From: Octopus vulgaris
Taxonomy: Eukaryota
NCBI GenBank assembly: GCA_951406725.2
Contig: OX597837.1
Location: forward strand, 10,664,001-10,728,000
Reading direction: 5' to 3'
DNA: 64,000 nt
Below are positions 27,729-41,526 of the stretch, one piece after another. The notes beneath the pieces are model-generated. The model was not told the origin of the DNA. It made no database searches and saw nothing but the letters and a program-made list of their open reading frames with translations. Position 1 is the first letter of the stretch. Each line of letters begins with the position of its first letter. The translations under genes were made by a program, and so were the position numbers.

Positions 27729-28318
27729 ACAAACGTATGAACATGCCTTGGACAGGCAAAGGGTCAAGAAATCCTTTATTAAAAGCTGTTATTTATGAGT
27801 TAGAAGCTATCCTTCCAGATCCTTACGCGTTTTTATGTATGTTTCACACAAAAATATTATTCGGTAAGCCGTCATAACTATTACACCATTCTCATTTTTT
27901 TCAGGGAGACTCAACGTGAAATTGAACCTGGATAATCGTTTCATTTACCACCAGAACAATGCTGAAGTGAACCTTTGAAGTGTCCTTCACTCATCCCTGC
28001 TGAAACCCGAAACAAGTTGTTACAAGATAAATTTCTTACAAGACTTTTTTTTTTATCAACTGAAATTATACTGCTAATGGAGCAGAAAGGCAATCGTTGG
28101 CGTTATTGATAATCCTTGTCAAGAAAGGAAAGGGAGAGAAATACAAAATTTAAATTGATAAAAATTAAACGGAAGCACGCAGAATGGAGGATTAACCCGG
28201 ATTTGGTCTTCGATATCTTGCAATATGGCGTCAGTAATAGTCTATAAATTGAGTGATCCTCTTGATTTATTATCTGCTGCCCCTTGGTTTTCTATAAATG
28301 GTTATATGTTATGATAAC

Positions 28319-28550
28319 AAGGCGGCGAGCTGGCAGAACCGTTAGCATGCCAGGCGAAATGCGTAGCCGTATTTCGTCTGCCGTAACGTTCTGAGTTCAA
28401 ATTCCGCTGAGGTCGACTTTGCCTTTCATCCTTTCGGGGTCGATAAATTAAGTACCAGTTACGCACTGGGGTCGGTTTAATCGACTTAATTCGTTTGTCT
28501 GTCCTTGTTTGTCCCCCTCTATGTTTAGCCCCTTGTGGGTAATAAAGAAA
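28319..28550 (+). mobile_element. SINE family B monomer
   Basis: Homology to 20796-21032. Confidence 0.9.
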
Positions 28551-29069
28551 CATATATGTTAAGATATCGTATCGTAAAGCATAATATAATGTGGTATATC
28601 TTATGATAAAGACTTTTGTTATTATCTTACGTGTGCTGCCTGTATTTGGTTTTGATTCGCAGTTTATCGTTAATAAATTTGTCAAACATTTTCTCGTATC
28701 CTTTTCTCGAAAGTAATTCTCTAAACTAACCAAGTGCCATCATCTAATATTGCCGGTGTTTGTAAATATATGGTAGAGTTGGTGTGTTGGTTGAGCCTTC
28801 AATACACACACCCAAATGTGTGCCTCTATTCTCCTAAGAATCTTAGATGAAGAATCTTTGGAGTGTCCAACAAATCTTCACGGCGCCACTAATAGATTGG
28901 GTTTGGAGAATCCGTGTCAGTTTCGTTTGTTTTTCCTCTCTAAAACCAAGTATTTCTTGGTTTCTGTGCAAATTTGTTGGTACAAAGCCTAATAGGAACA
29001 AATGAGAATACATAATCAGAGTACAAGTGCTGTAAGTTCCGCATTGATTCGCCATTTCTGATTCTAGAT

Positions 29070-29510
29070 TCACATCTGCTGAGTAGCTGACCGCATCCGT
29101 TGGGAAGCTGACTACATCTGCTGGGCAGCTGACCACAACTACTGGGCAACCGACCACGTCTGCTGGGCAACTACTGGGCAACTGACCACATCTGCTGGGC
29201 AGCTGACCACATTTGTTGGGCAACTGACCACATCTACTGGGCAGCTGACTACATCTGTTGGGCAACTGACCATAACTGTTGGGCAACTGACCACACCTGC
29301 TGGGCAACTGATCACATCTGTTGGGCAACTGACCACACCTGTTGGGCAACTGATCACATCTGTTGGGCAACTGACCACACCTGTTGGGCAACTGACCACA
29401 TCTGTTGGGCAACTGACTACATCTGCTAGGCAACTGACCACACCTGCTGGGCAGCTGACCACATCTGTTGGGCAACTGGCCACACCTGTTGGGCAGCTGA
29501 CCACATCTGA
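29070..29510. repeat. 21-bp minisatellite (about 20 units)
   Basis: Unit TGTTGGGCAACTGACCACATC. Confidence 0.95.
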
Positions 29511-29604
29511 CAGGTGGTGTAGAAAACAAACAGATGTATTAGTATAACGCTCGGGAATTGAAAAAGTCTTTAATGTTTCAAGCCTACGCTCTTCCACATA
29601 AAGG

Positions 29605-29650
<46 letters not shown>

Positions 29651-29666
29651 AACACACACACAAACG

Positions 29667-29717
<51 letters not shown>

Positions 29718-29825
29718 CCTTTTTTGCTACTGTCACGTGAGAAACGAAATCACGTATTTAAATGCCATCAATTATAAAACGTTCGAACATACATACATAC
29801 ATACATACATACATACATACATACA

Positions 29826-29857
<32 letters not shown>

Positions 29858-30213
29858 CTTGTACTCTGACATGAATTAATTTGTCCCTTCAAATTAGTTG
29901 ATTCATTAATTAGAAACAAACACGCACGTAGCGCAACGCTCTCCCGCTTTCCCCCGTCTAACGATGACATCAACGGAAGCAATTTAAAGTCTGCGATCAT
30001 TTCAATTACGTTCTTCGTATCATCAAATTCAACCTCACGGCACGTGGGGATTTGGACTCATAGACGTGAGAATGTAACCAGTGAAGTTAAAAGGCATCGG
30101 AGATCGTGTCTGTCTAACATCTAAATATCTGTCTATCGATTTATGCATTAAAGATATGCCGCTAAGCATTTTGCCCGGCCCACCAACGATTCTGCAAGAT
30201 CACCGCCGTTATG

Positions 30214-30293
<80 letters not shown>

Positions 30294-30330
30294 TATAATA
30301 ATAATAATAATGATGATGATGATTATATAA

Positions 30331-30718
30331 CCAGTTGAGAATGTCCCTTAGTGGCTGACGATATTTGCATCTCTGATCACGAGCAGAAGTAGTTGGGGAG
30401 CATCATAGCCATGTGTTGAGAGGGATTCTTTGGGGTTTGAATAATTCACCTCTGGAAACATGGGTGGTTCTTTCAACATCCTTAAACAACCCTTATTCAG
30501 GGACCGTTTGAGCGGGATGGGCTACTCAACCGAGAAGAAAATTCTAACTGGGCCCCACCTGCAAGGTCATGTGCTGTTTATCTTTTTATGAGATCACCAT
30601 GTCGCGCACATATGGTTGTGATGCATGTGCCTTATCGGGCGGGTAGTCATGATGGGTATATTGGGCTTCGTATATTTTACCCCAGTGTCACTTTGATGCA
30701 TGCACTGGTCTCCCACTC
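30331..30718 (+). mobile_element. Family E retroelement 3' end in (AAT)n
   Basis: Homologous to 21829-22164 with a longer 5' part. Confidence 0.8.
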
Positions 30719-30769
<51 letters not shown>

Positions 30770-30772
<3 letters not shown>

Positions 30773-31270
30773 CCTTTCTACTATAGGCACAAGGGAAAGA
30801 GATAGCCGGTTACATCAACCCCAGTACTCAGTTGGTCCTTAATCTATCGAAGAATCCTTTCTACTGGTGGCACAAGGCCTGAAATTTGTGGGGAGGGGGA
30901 TAGTTGATTACATCGACCCCAGGGTTTTTACTGAGACTTAATTTATCAACACCGAAAGGATGAAAAGCGAAGTTGACCTCGGTGGAATTTGAACTCGGAA
31001 CGTAAAGACGGATTTACCGCCGCCTTTCACCCTTTCTACTTCACCCTTTCTACTAAAAGGACCAAGCCTTTCACCCTTTCTACTAAAAGGACCAAGCCTA
31101 AAATTTACTGGGGAGGAAAAAATAGTCAATAGAAATCGATCTTAGGGCTCAACTGGTCCTTGTTTCATCGACTCCGAAAGGGTGAAAGGCAAAGTTGGTC
31201 CTCGCGGAATTTTGAACTCAGAACGTAAAGAGCCGGAAGAAATACAGCTAAACATTTCGTCCGACACTCC
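30770..31270 (-). mobile_element. Degenerate family B units
   Basis: Homology to other family B copies. Confidence 0.7.
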
Positions 31271-31636
31271 AAAGATTCTACTAGTTGTGCTAATGGTGGC
31301 GGTGGTGGAGGTGGTTATAAAATGAGGGTACTGTAGAAGTTTAGAACACAAAAAGCGGAACGTGTGTGTGTGTGTGTGTGTAGGTCTATAATGTGACATT
31401 GTGCAGGTGTTCCGATACGTGTTTCTACGTGTGTATATGTGTTACTGTGTATGTGAGTGTGTCTATGTGTTTACCTGTCCTCGTTTTTGTGGCTATGCGT
31501 GTGTAAATGTCTCTGTGTGTGTATACGTTTGTATATCGTGAGTGATTTCGTGTGTGTGTGTCTGCGCATATATATACTTATACATACACACACACACACA
31601 CACACATATATCACATATATATATGTGTGTGTGTGC

Positions 31637-31743
<107 letters not shown>

Positions 31744-32531
31744 CGTTTATATACACAAATATATATATATATGTTTGTGTGTGTGTTTGGGTGTATGTGT
31801 GTGTGTGTGCATTTGTGTGAGTGGGTAAGTGTTACTCTGTGAGTGTGTGTATTTGTGTTCCAGTACGCTTGTATGTTTGAGTGAACATGAATCTGTGCGT
31901 GTGTGTGTGTGAGAGTGTATGAATACGTGCAAGTGTTCATTATCTGAAGGAGAAAATAAAGGCGGGAAATTTTGCGAAAAGTGGATTACTCGGGGTGAAT
32001 GGGCCAGGAGAGGGAAAAGGAAAAAAATGGAAGGAAAACACGAGGGGTGAGGTGAGAGGAATTTAAAAAAAAGCAAAAACAAAAAAAGAAAGAAGGTGGA
32101 GGGAAGAGTAGAAAGATTGGCTGTAGGGAGAGGAGAGGAAGGGAAAATGAAGGAAGAATTAGAGAGGGGGAAGGGAAGAGAGTGCAACAAAAAGAAAAAC
32201 ACGGCAAACACACACACATACATACATATATATATACACACATATTTATATATATATATGCCGTTATATATGAGCATATATATATCTGCATTCATACCTA
32301 TATACGTATATTGGATGTGTGGTAAGTAACTTGCTTACCAGCCACATGGTTCCTGGTTCAGTCCCAAAGCGTGGTACCTTGGGCAGGTGTCTTCTATAGC
32401 CTCAGGCACCCCAAAACCTTGTGGGTGGATTTCGTAGACGTGTGTGTGTGTGTATGTGTATGTGTGTGAGATTGTGTGTGTGAGTGTGTGTGTGTGTATG
32501 TGTGTGGGGGGGTATGTACGTATGTAGGTAT

Positions 32532-32737
32532 ACTCTTTACTCTTTTACTTGTTTCAGTCATTTGACTGCGGCCATGCTGGAGCACCGCCTTTAGTCGATC
32601 AAATCGACCCCGGGACTTATTCTTTGTAAGCCCAGTACTTATCCTATCTGTCTCTTTTGCCGAACCGCTAAGTGGCGGGGACGTAAACACACCAGCATCG
32701 GTTGTCAAGCAATGCTAGGGGAACAGACACAGACACA

Positions 32738-32807
<70 letters not shown>

Positions 32808-32960
32808 TACGATGGGTTTCTTTCAGTTTCCGTCTACCAAATCCGCTCACAAGGCTTTGTTCGGCCCGGGGCTATAGCCCCAAGGTGCCACGCAGTGGGA
32901 CTGAACCCTGAACCATGTGGTTGGTTAGCAAGCTACTTACCACACAGCCACTCCTGCGCC
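32532..32960 (-). mobile_element. SINE family A
   Basis: Homology to other family A copies. Confidence 0.9.
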
Positions 32961-33262
32961 TAGGTATGTATGTATATATACAATATCATATGCAGTAGCG
33001 GACTGGGTCTAAAAATATTGGTTGCCAGGAGACTAAGGGGGGCCCACCCGCAACTACAATGCTATCATTTATTTATTTTTTCAGCTGCCATGCAATGGGA
33101 CTGAACCCAGAACGATATGATTGGGAGGCAAGCTTTTTACCACGCAGCCACTCCTACGCCTAATATTCTTCCATGCGGTGCTCCAGCATGGCTGCAGCCT
33201 AATAAACTGAAAGAAGTATAAGATAAACATACGCACACACACACACATACACACACACACAC

Positions 33263-33493
<231 letters not shown>

Positions 33494-33897
33494 AAGAATT
33501 GACTAATCGATCACACACGCATAGGTGTTTTTGTAGATTTTCTATTGCCGGATAATCCTTTTATCAGCTGTTGACAGGAGGTCAAAACAATTCCAACACC
33601 TTCCGACATTACCACAGTTCAGTCAGTGTCGAAACACCAAAGACGATGCTTAACTCGGAACGTTAATTGTTCCTTTAGTAGGCGCCGGAGTTTCTATTGC
33701 TTTCTTCCTTTTATCAATGGCGTCGCACACAAAATTAAATGCGTCAAGTAATATCTTTCGTTACTAGTGGTGCAGGCGTGGCTGTGTGGTAAAAATCTTG
33801 CTTCCCCAAATTCATGGTTCCGGGTTCAATCCCATTGCGTGGATCCTTCGGCAAGTGTTTTCTGCTATAAGCCTCTGGCCGACCAAAGCACACACAC

Positions 33898-33964
<67 letters not shown>

Positions 33965-33968
<4 letters not shown>

Positions 33969-34082
33969 CGTGATCACCGTGACCGACCAGGCTATCAGAT
34001 GTTGCTACACATCGCTGGTAACAATGCGCTTCGCATTGTTATAGCCTTCAAATGACGCCACCCCACTGGCTAAGTGAGCAGG

Positions 34083-34087
<5 letters not shown>
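33965..34087. repeat. Short interspersed repeat in (TA)n with an internal hairpin
   Basis: GTGACCGACCAGGCTATC.GATGTTGCT also at 26365-26392; hairpin TAACAATGCG-ctt-CGCATTGTTA. Confidence 0.6.
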
Positions 34088-34138
<51 letters not shown>

Positions 34139-34219
34139 AGTGTACATTTAAACACAAGAGAAAGCTACCTTTAACACGCAAATTTTTACACGCTAGAAGA
34201 AGCAGTCAAAACGACCAAA

Positions 34220-34253
<34 letters not shown>

Positions 34254-34387
34254 TCTTTTATTCGTTTCAGTCACTTGACTGCGGCCATCCTGGGGCACCG
34301 CTTTTTAGTGGAATAAATCGACCCCAAGACTTATTCTTTGTAAGCTTAGTATTTATTCCATCGGCTCCTTTTGCTGAACCGGTAGGT

Positions 34388-35150
34388 GTTATTCAAATTC
34401 TTTTACTTCCGACACATGTTTGGAAGACATCATTGGTATTATTACAAAGGAATAAAATGGTGTAAAACAATGTAATCTTCTCTTCAGTGAAATGAAGAAA
34501 TAAAACTCGTCAATAAGACATTTTAACAGAATATGATAGATATGTAAAGTGATGAACTGAACGCTATTAAGTTTTAAAAAACGTTAGAGGATATAACGTC
34601 AAAGGTAGCATATAGAAAGAGGAGGGATAAGGGAAAGAAAAAAATCAGAAACCAAATAAATGAGAAGTAGAGAAAGATATGCAAATTAAATAAAACCCTA
34701 AAGTCTTGGAAAAAGGTATATCTAGTGAAAGTGAAATGTAAGAAGAAAATCAATGTTTAAAATATACATAATGATAGATATAACTTATATGAACTAAAGA
34801 TGAGTTTCTGCCAATGTTTACATCACTAAGCACGCTCTATAACCGTGTTTACAAGGGAATTCTTAGAAAAAAGAATTAAAAAAATAGTTCAGAATTACAG
34901 AGAATTCCATGCCTTTATCATAGGGGAAGGAAATTCAGAGAATCAACCAATCTAAATTAAATTGTTTATTATGGTCTTTTAGATACCAAATTAATTTACT
35001 AAGCCCTGTACTGTTACGTTTATTCCTATCCCAAAATATAGAATAATGATTAGAAATTCTTTTAGGTAACTGAGAAGAGCTATCTATATAAAAAAGACAT
35101 CGGTACCTAAAGTAATTTTACACTGGTATATAGAATTTTTAATTTTAGAG
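34388..35150 (-). mobile_element. Decayed 3' end of Penelope-like element: GIY-YIG endonuclease plus hammerhead-bearing 3' region
   Basis: Translation: KNSIYQCKITLGTDVF/YIDSSSQLPKRISNHYSIFWDRNKRNSTGLSKLIWYLKDHNKQFNLDWLIL*ISFPYDKG/LCNSELFF/SKNSLVN...CKHWQK; degenerate HHR at 34405-34493. Confidence 0.8.
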
Positions 35151-35243
35151 TTATTTGACATAAATTTATTTCTACTGGACTTGACGTCAGAGACAATAAA
35201 CTTGTCAGAGGCTAATTCTTCTCAAATTCGAAAACAATAACCA

Positions 35244-35299
35244 GGCTATATTTCGCTGATGAGGTCTCATAATACGGAAATATATCCAGAGTTATCGCC
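35244..35299 (+). ncRNA. Degenerate minimal hammerhead motif
   Basis: CTGATGA-ggtctcataatacg-GAAA-tata-TC-cagagttatcgcc; stem I partly decayed. Confidence 0.5.
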
Positions 35300-35580
35300 C
35301 ATATTACTAAAATTCAGACTCTCTTCCTGTTGTTGTAATTAATTCCAAATAATCAATAATTCGTCAATATTTCTCTCTTGTCACTCCTTTCCACATCTTT
35401 TATTATTCCTACATAAATTAATTACACGTAGATAATTATTGCTCTCGCTAATAACAATGTAATTTGAATTAATTAAATTGCCTTAGATTACTACACCGCA
35501 ATTACGTTACACAATCCCAATTAACTATTGTGTTTACTTGTAGTAGACGTCAATGGATTTTCCTTTGCATTCATCTTATA

Positions 35581-35676
<96 letters not shown>

Positions 35677-35711
35677 CTGCATATATGTATTTCTATCTAT
35701 CTATCCATATG

Positions 35712-35762
<51 letters not shown>

Positions 35763-35799
35763 CACACATAGATAGATATATACACCCATACATAAATAG

Positions 35800-35833
<34 letters not shown>

Positions 35834-35893
35834 TGTGTTTACGTATTTTTCACTCGTTGATGTCCTGTACAAAACGTGTATTTTTCTTTTTAG

Positions 35894-35954
<61 letters not shown>

Positions 35955-36443
35955 CATATATGGAAGTCAAATTTCGAATTAAAAAATTAAGGTTTAGAAA
36001 GTAGATGTTAAATGCATGTGTTTGTATATATATATATATATATATATATACATAACAGACAAACACAGACATTATGTATATACATTATATTTATATATGT
36101 GTGTGTTCATATATTCATATATACACAGTCCATCATCAGATAAATACACAAACACACCACAATGACACCTAGATGGTAAACGGATACACATGGAACACAC
36201 ACACACACACACGCACACTCATTCACCCATTTGTCTATCTCTCTCTCTATCTTACTTTTTCTCTCTTACTCTCTCTCTCTCCCTCTCTCTCCGTGACTCA
36301 CACACACACACACACAGACGTACACACAGGGGTAAGAAAAATGGCGCGCAAGTTAATTTTGGCTTTCAACATGGACGACATCCACATACTATGAAATATA
36401 CTCGCATACATAGAATATGCAGACAAAGAAATATTCACACAGC

Positions 36444-36476
<33 letters not shown>

Positions 36477-36536
36477 CATACACTCATATAAATACACACA
36501 CACCCTAACATGTATATATTCATATATAAACACATT

Positions 36537-36572
<36 letters not shown>

Positions 36573-36653
36573 AAATGAGAAAATGGAGAAATATGTCTAA
36601 ATCAATCATCAACCATCAGATAATACATAATCAATACTTTACATATATAGATA

Positions 36654-36841
36654 TGGCTGTGTGGTAAGTAGCTTCATTACCAGTCACATGGTTCCTGGTT
36701 CAGTCCCACTGCGTGGCACCTTGGGCAAGGGCATTCTACTAGAGCCTCGGGCCGACCAAAGCTTTGTGTGCGGATTTGGTAGACGAAAACTGAGAGAAGC
36801 CCGTCGTATATATATATGTATGTATATGTGTGTAGTATATA

Positions 36842-36890
<49 letters not shown>

Positions 36891-36891
36891 G

Positions 36892-36990
<99 letters not shown>

Positions 36991-37120
36991 TTGTATATAT
37001 TCGTGTCTGTGGTTGTCCCCCCAACAACGCTTGACAACCGATGCTGGTGTGTTTACGTCCCCGTAAACAACTAAAGGCGGTGCTCCAGCATGTCAAATAA
37101 CAGAAACAAGTAAAAGAGTA
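36654..37120 (+). mobile_element. SINE family A with internal deletion
   Basis: Homology to other family A copies. Confidence 0.85.
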
Positions 37121-38242
37121 AACGAATACATGTGTATATATATATATATATATATTACATGTATATATATGTATATATATTACTACAAGAAACATGCACA
37201 TACTCGCATGTTCACGTGATGATCAAACACATACGCACACGCACACACACACAGAGTAAACACATTGATATGCACATACACTCAAGGAAGATGCATACAC
37301 ACACACACGTATAGATACTCAGGCATAGAGATAGACGCATTTAGAATATATATATTTACACACACGGTTACACAAAGACACACACACACACACACTCATG
37401 CAAACACATACACACACAGATACATACATACATACATACATACATACACACACACAGATGTACACTTTTCACAAGCTTGGGGTATAACCACACACAAATA
37501 TGCATACAGAATAAACACACTCACGCATTTATAAACACAGACACACACATACACACATGGTACATACACACACATGGGTATATACATATACCCGCATATA
37601 TACACACATACAAACGATTACAGTATATGCGCAAACACACACGCTTATTATCACATATACACATACTATTCACAAAGGCACACAGTTATACACACACACC
37701 GACACGCATCAACACACGCGCACGAACATGTACATACACACACACACACATCCACACACTGTACATCCACAAACACACACACACAAGCACTGACACACTA
37801 ACACACACACACATACGTTCATACACCCGTTTGGTGTATATCCACACAGTAACTCACACACAAACACACACACGCACACACACACACATGCACATCCACA
37901 CCTTGTACATCCACAAACACACACACGCTCTGACACACATACACACGTACGTTCGTACACCCGCTTGCCGTGTATCCACAAACACAGTCGCACACGCACA
38001 CACACATATATACACACACACACACACACACATACGCACACACACACACAAACACGCACACACACACAGCTGTACGAATTCTTCCATTTCGGCTGAAATT
38101 GTGTCAATGTTTAACCTATTTCCCGCTAACTCACCTTTTACTGGGGGGAGGGGATAGGAGAGGGGGCGGGGGAAGGAGGTGGAAGCGGGTTGCAGTAGGA
38201 GGAGACATAGACTCTGAGTGTCGTGGTGTTGGTGGCGCCACT

Positions 38243-38251
38243 AATGGTAGC

Positions 38252-38283
<32 letters not shown>

Positions 38284-38622
38284 CGATAGTAGAAAATGGC
38301 GGTAACTGTAATAGTTGTGACAGTGGCGGTGGTGAGGGTGATGGTGAGGGTGGTGGTGAGGGTGATGGTGGTGATGATAATGGTTGTTGTGGTTAAGGAT
38401 ATCGTTGCGGTGCTAGTACTAGTGGTAGTAATAGTATGGGCAGCAGCAGCAGTAGTAGTAGTAGTAGTAGAAGCAGTAGTAGTAGTAGTAGTAGTTGTAG
38501 TAGTAGTGATGGTTGTAATAGTAGTAGTAGTCGTAGTAGTAATGGTAGTAGTAGTAGCAGTAGTAGTAGTGATGGTAGTAGTAGTACTGGTGGTGGTGGT
38601 GGTGGTAGTGGTAGTAATGATG

Positions 38623-38658
<36 letters not shown>

Positions 38659-39009
38659 ATAAGAAATGTTAGTTGTGGTAGTAGTGATGGTGGTGGTGGT
38701 AGAAGTAGTAGTAGTGGTGGTAGTAGTAGTAGTAGTAGTTGTTGTTGTAGTAGTAGTGATGGTTGTAGTAGTAGATGTAGAAGCAGTAGTAGTAGTAGTA
38801 ATTTTAGTTGTGGTAGAAGTGATGGTGGTGGTGGTGGTAGTAGTAGCAGTAGTAGTATAGTTATGGTGGTGGTGGTGATGGTTGCGATGATGACAGTGCT
38901 CGTGTAGGTCGTTGTGGTCATGACTTTGGTGGTGGTGGTGGTGGTAGTAGTATTGGTGTTGGGGTAGTGGTGGCAGGTGTCGTAGTCGTGGTACTAGAGA
39001 AGTAATTGT

Positions 39010-39068
<59 letters not shown>

Positions 39069-39085
39069 GGTGGTGGTGGTGGTAG
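38243..39085. repeat. (GTA/GTG)n trinucleotide tract
   Basis: Direct inspection. Confidence 0.9.
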
Positions 39086-39526
39086 CTCGTGTGTGTTTTA
39101 AGTCTCAGATCACTCCTTACAGAGTAAATCTATGCAGAAAACCATTCCGGCCATGACTATCCCTTCTATCAGCAGGGAACCTCAGAACGACGTTAAACAA
39201 ATATGTCCGGTTTTCTAACACTGTGGAATATATAAACATATGGAAATTTAGCTGCTATTTCTAGTAAGTTCAATGACCGCGTAGAGGCCTCCCGCCAATT
39301 TGTGGAAGTGGTAATGGAGAGGGTGGCGGAGGTGGAGGTGGTGGTGGTCTTTGTTCGACAGTCAATGTGACGAAAAAGTAGTCCGTGTGTGTGTGTGTGA
39401 GTGTGTGTGGGAAATTTCCTTATTCTGTGTGTGTGTGTGTGTGTGGAACTCGTCCAAATTGTGTGTCTAAAATACATAGATTTTTTTCTTCTTCGTTTTC
39501 TCCTCCTCCTCCTCCTACTACTACTA

Positions 39527-39571
<45 letters not shown>

Positions 39572-39807
39572 CTACTGATTCTGCCGTTCTAATTTTCTAA
39601 TTTGCTGCCTCATGAATCTATAGATCTTCATTACATTATTTTATTGTTTCAGATTTCGTTTGTGTCTTCTAATGTCGTTCCGTAGTGAAGGTTGTTTAAA
39701 ACGCGACACTGGAAATGTGTTTCACAACGTTAAAAATTTCGATTAGGTCTCGTATATACATGCATACATACATACATACATACATACATACATACATACA
39801 AAAACCC

Positions 39808-40061
39808 GGTACTATTTAAAGAGAGTGGTCCCGGTGCGCGCACTCGTGTACTTGCGCATCCGCGCTAGCTAGTCGTGACCAGTCGATCCTACAACGACTA
39901 CCTAGCAAAGTAAATAAAACAAAAAAATAATTTTTTTACATAAAGTAAATAATTTTTTTAAAACAAAGTAAATACAACACAAAGTAAGGATCGACTAGTC
40001 ACGACTAGCTAGCGCGGACGCGCGAGTGCGAGCACCGGGACCACTCTTCTTAAATAGTACC
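39808..40061. mobile_element. MITE with ~80-bp TIRs, possibly Mutator-like
   Basis: GGTACTATTTAA...GTGGTCCCGGTGC / GCACCGGGACCAC...TTAAATAGTACC; near-TSD CAAAAACCC / CAAAACCCC (9 bp). Confidence 0.8.
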
Positions 40062-40104
40062 CAAAACCCCCACAATATGGTGGAATGTCCCAGTGAAGAC
40101 CCAA

Positions 40105-40502
40105 GAAACTTTTCGGTTTGAACGGCAGTTTTTTCTAGCTGTGTCATATGAAATTGTCACCCATAATTATGACCCTAGTATCGATCTATTGCATTTCAAT
40201 CTGTTTTAGGGTTAGGGTTAGGGGGGTATCTTTTTTTCTTCACAAATGTAAATAAACCCAATCTGAGTCTTAAACGAGGGACATATTCATACGGCACAGA
40301 ATGTTTTTTTACCTCAATAGACGTCAGTGATTGGTTGAAATTGCAGAAAAAAACAACAAATATCTCACAAACTATAGAATTTTCTCAATAAAGCCAAGAG
40401 AAAAAGATGTTTTATAAACACATTCTACCAGCATACGAAGTTTGAAAGTTTTAGTTACGTGAAAAATATTTTAAAAAACTGCCGTTCAAACCGAAAAGAT
40501 CC
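40105..40502. mobile_element. hAT-like MITE
   Basis: TIR CTTTTCGGTTTGAACGGCAGTTTTT / AAAAACTGCCGTTCAAACCGAAAAGATCC; degenerate TSD GACC(T)CAA; internal (TTAGGG)3. Confidence 0.8.
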
Positions 40503-40574
40503 GACCTCAATAAAATGTAAGGACAACAGACCCGATATAATGATTTGGGATAGAAAAGAGAAACTGTGCACAGT

Positions 40575-40988
40575 TTACTCTTTTACTCTTTTACTCTTTT
40601 ACTTGTTTCAGTCATTTGACTGTGGCCATGCTGGAGCACCGCCTTTAGTCGAGCAAATCGACCCCGGGACTTATTCTTTGTAAGCCCAGTACTTATTCTA
40701 TCGGTCTCTTTTGCCGAACCTCTAAGTGACGGGGACGTAAACACACCAGCATCGGTTGTCAAGCAATGCTAGGGAGACAAGCACAGACACACAAACACAC
40801 ACACACACACATATACATATATATATACGATAGGCTTCTCTCAGTTTCCGTCTACCAAATCCACTCACAAGGCATTCGTCGGCCCGGGGCTATAGCAGAA
40901 GACACTTGCCCAAGGTGCCACGCAGTGGGACTGAACCCAGAACCATGTGGTTGGTTAGCAAGCTACTTACCACACAGCCGCTCCTGCG
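40575..40988 (-). mobile_element. SINE family A
   Basis: Full-length copy inside the RLE fragment. Confidence 0.9.
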
Positions 40989-41526
40989 AAGTTGTAGAAA
41001 TTAATCCCCCAACGGATGTTGGATCTAGTTTTTCTCATTAGTAAAATGAGCCCCACTTAATTGTGCTCAGATTGCGTTCAATTATGGTGTATCGATGCGA
41101 CTCTGAATTTTGATTACGTTCAACGAATTACTTTATCTCGTAAATTCAAGAATCTGATGTTATTTGGCATTAAAATTGGGAAATTTGGTTAATTTTAGCC
41201 AATCGTCAGACAGCATGGCATTAGCTTGTAACCATGACAACCACACGTCGTGTTGTGGTTCACTGTTTTCTGTGCCGCCATTGTTGAAAATGCTGATTTT
41301 CACGCTTAATTCTTCACACATCGAGATTCTTTTCACCCGCGTGTTTTGTTTAATTTTTTTTTTGTGTTAGTATCTTACATATTTTTCTGTGTGTTAGTAT
41401 TTTTACATATTTTTCATTTCATATATTGTTGGGGAACTCATTGATTCAAATAGCTGGATTTATGCTTTCTCTAGGTTAATTCTATTCATAAAAATTTAAA
41501 TTAGGAGGATTTCTTAAACCGTTAGC

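Larger units (their letters stand above)
40078..41020 (+). mobile_element. Fragment of restriction-like endonuclease domain (R4/Dong/R2-type non-LTR element), interrupted twice
   Basis: Rejoined translation: WWNVPVKT|SIKCKDNRPDIMIWDRKEKLCTV|VEINPPTDV (RPD...E motif). Confidence 0.7.
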
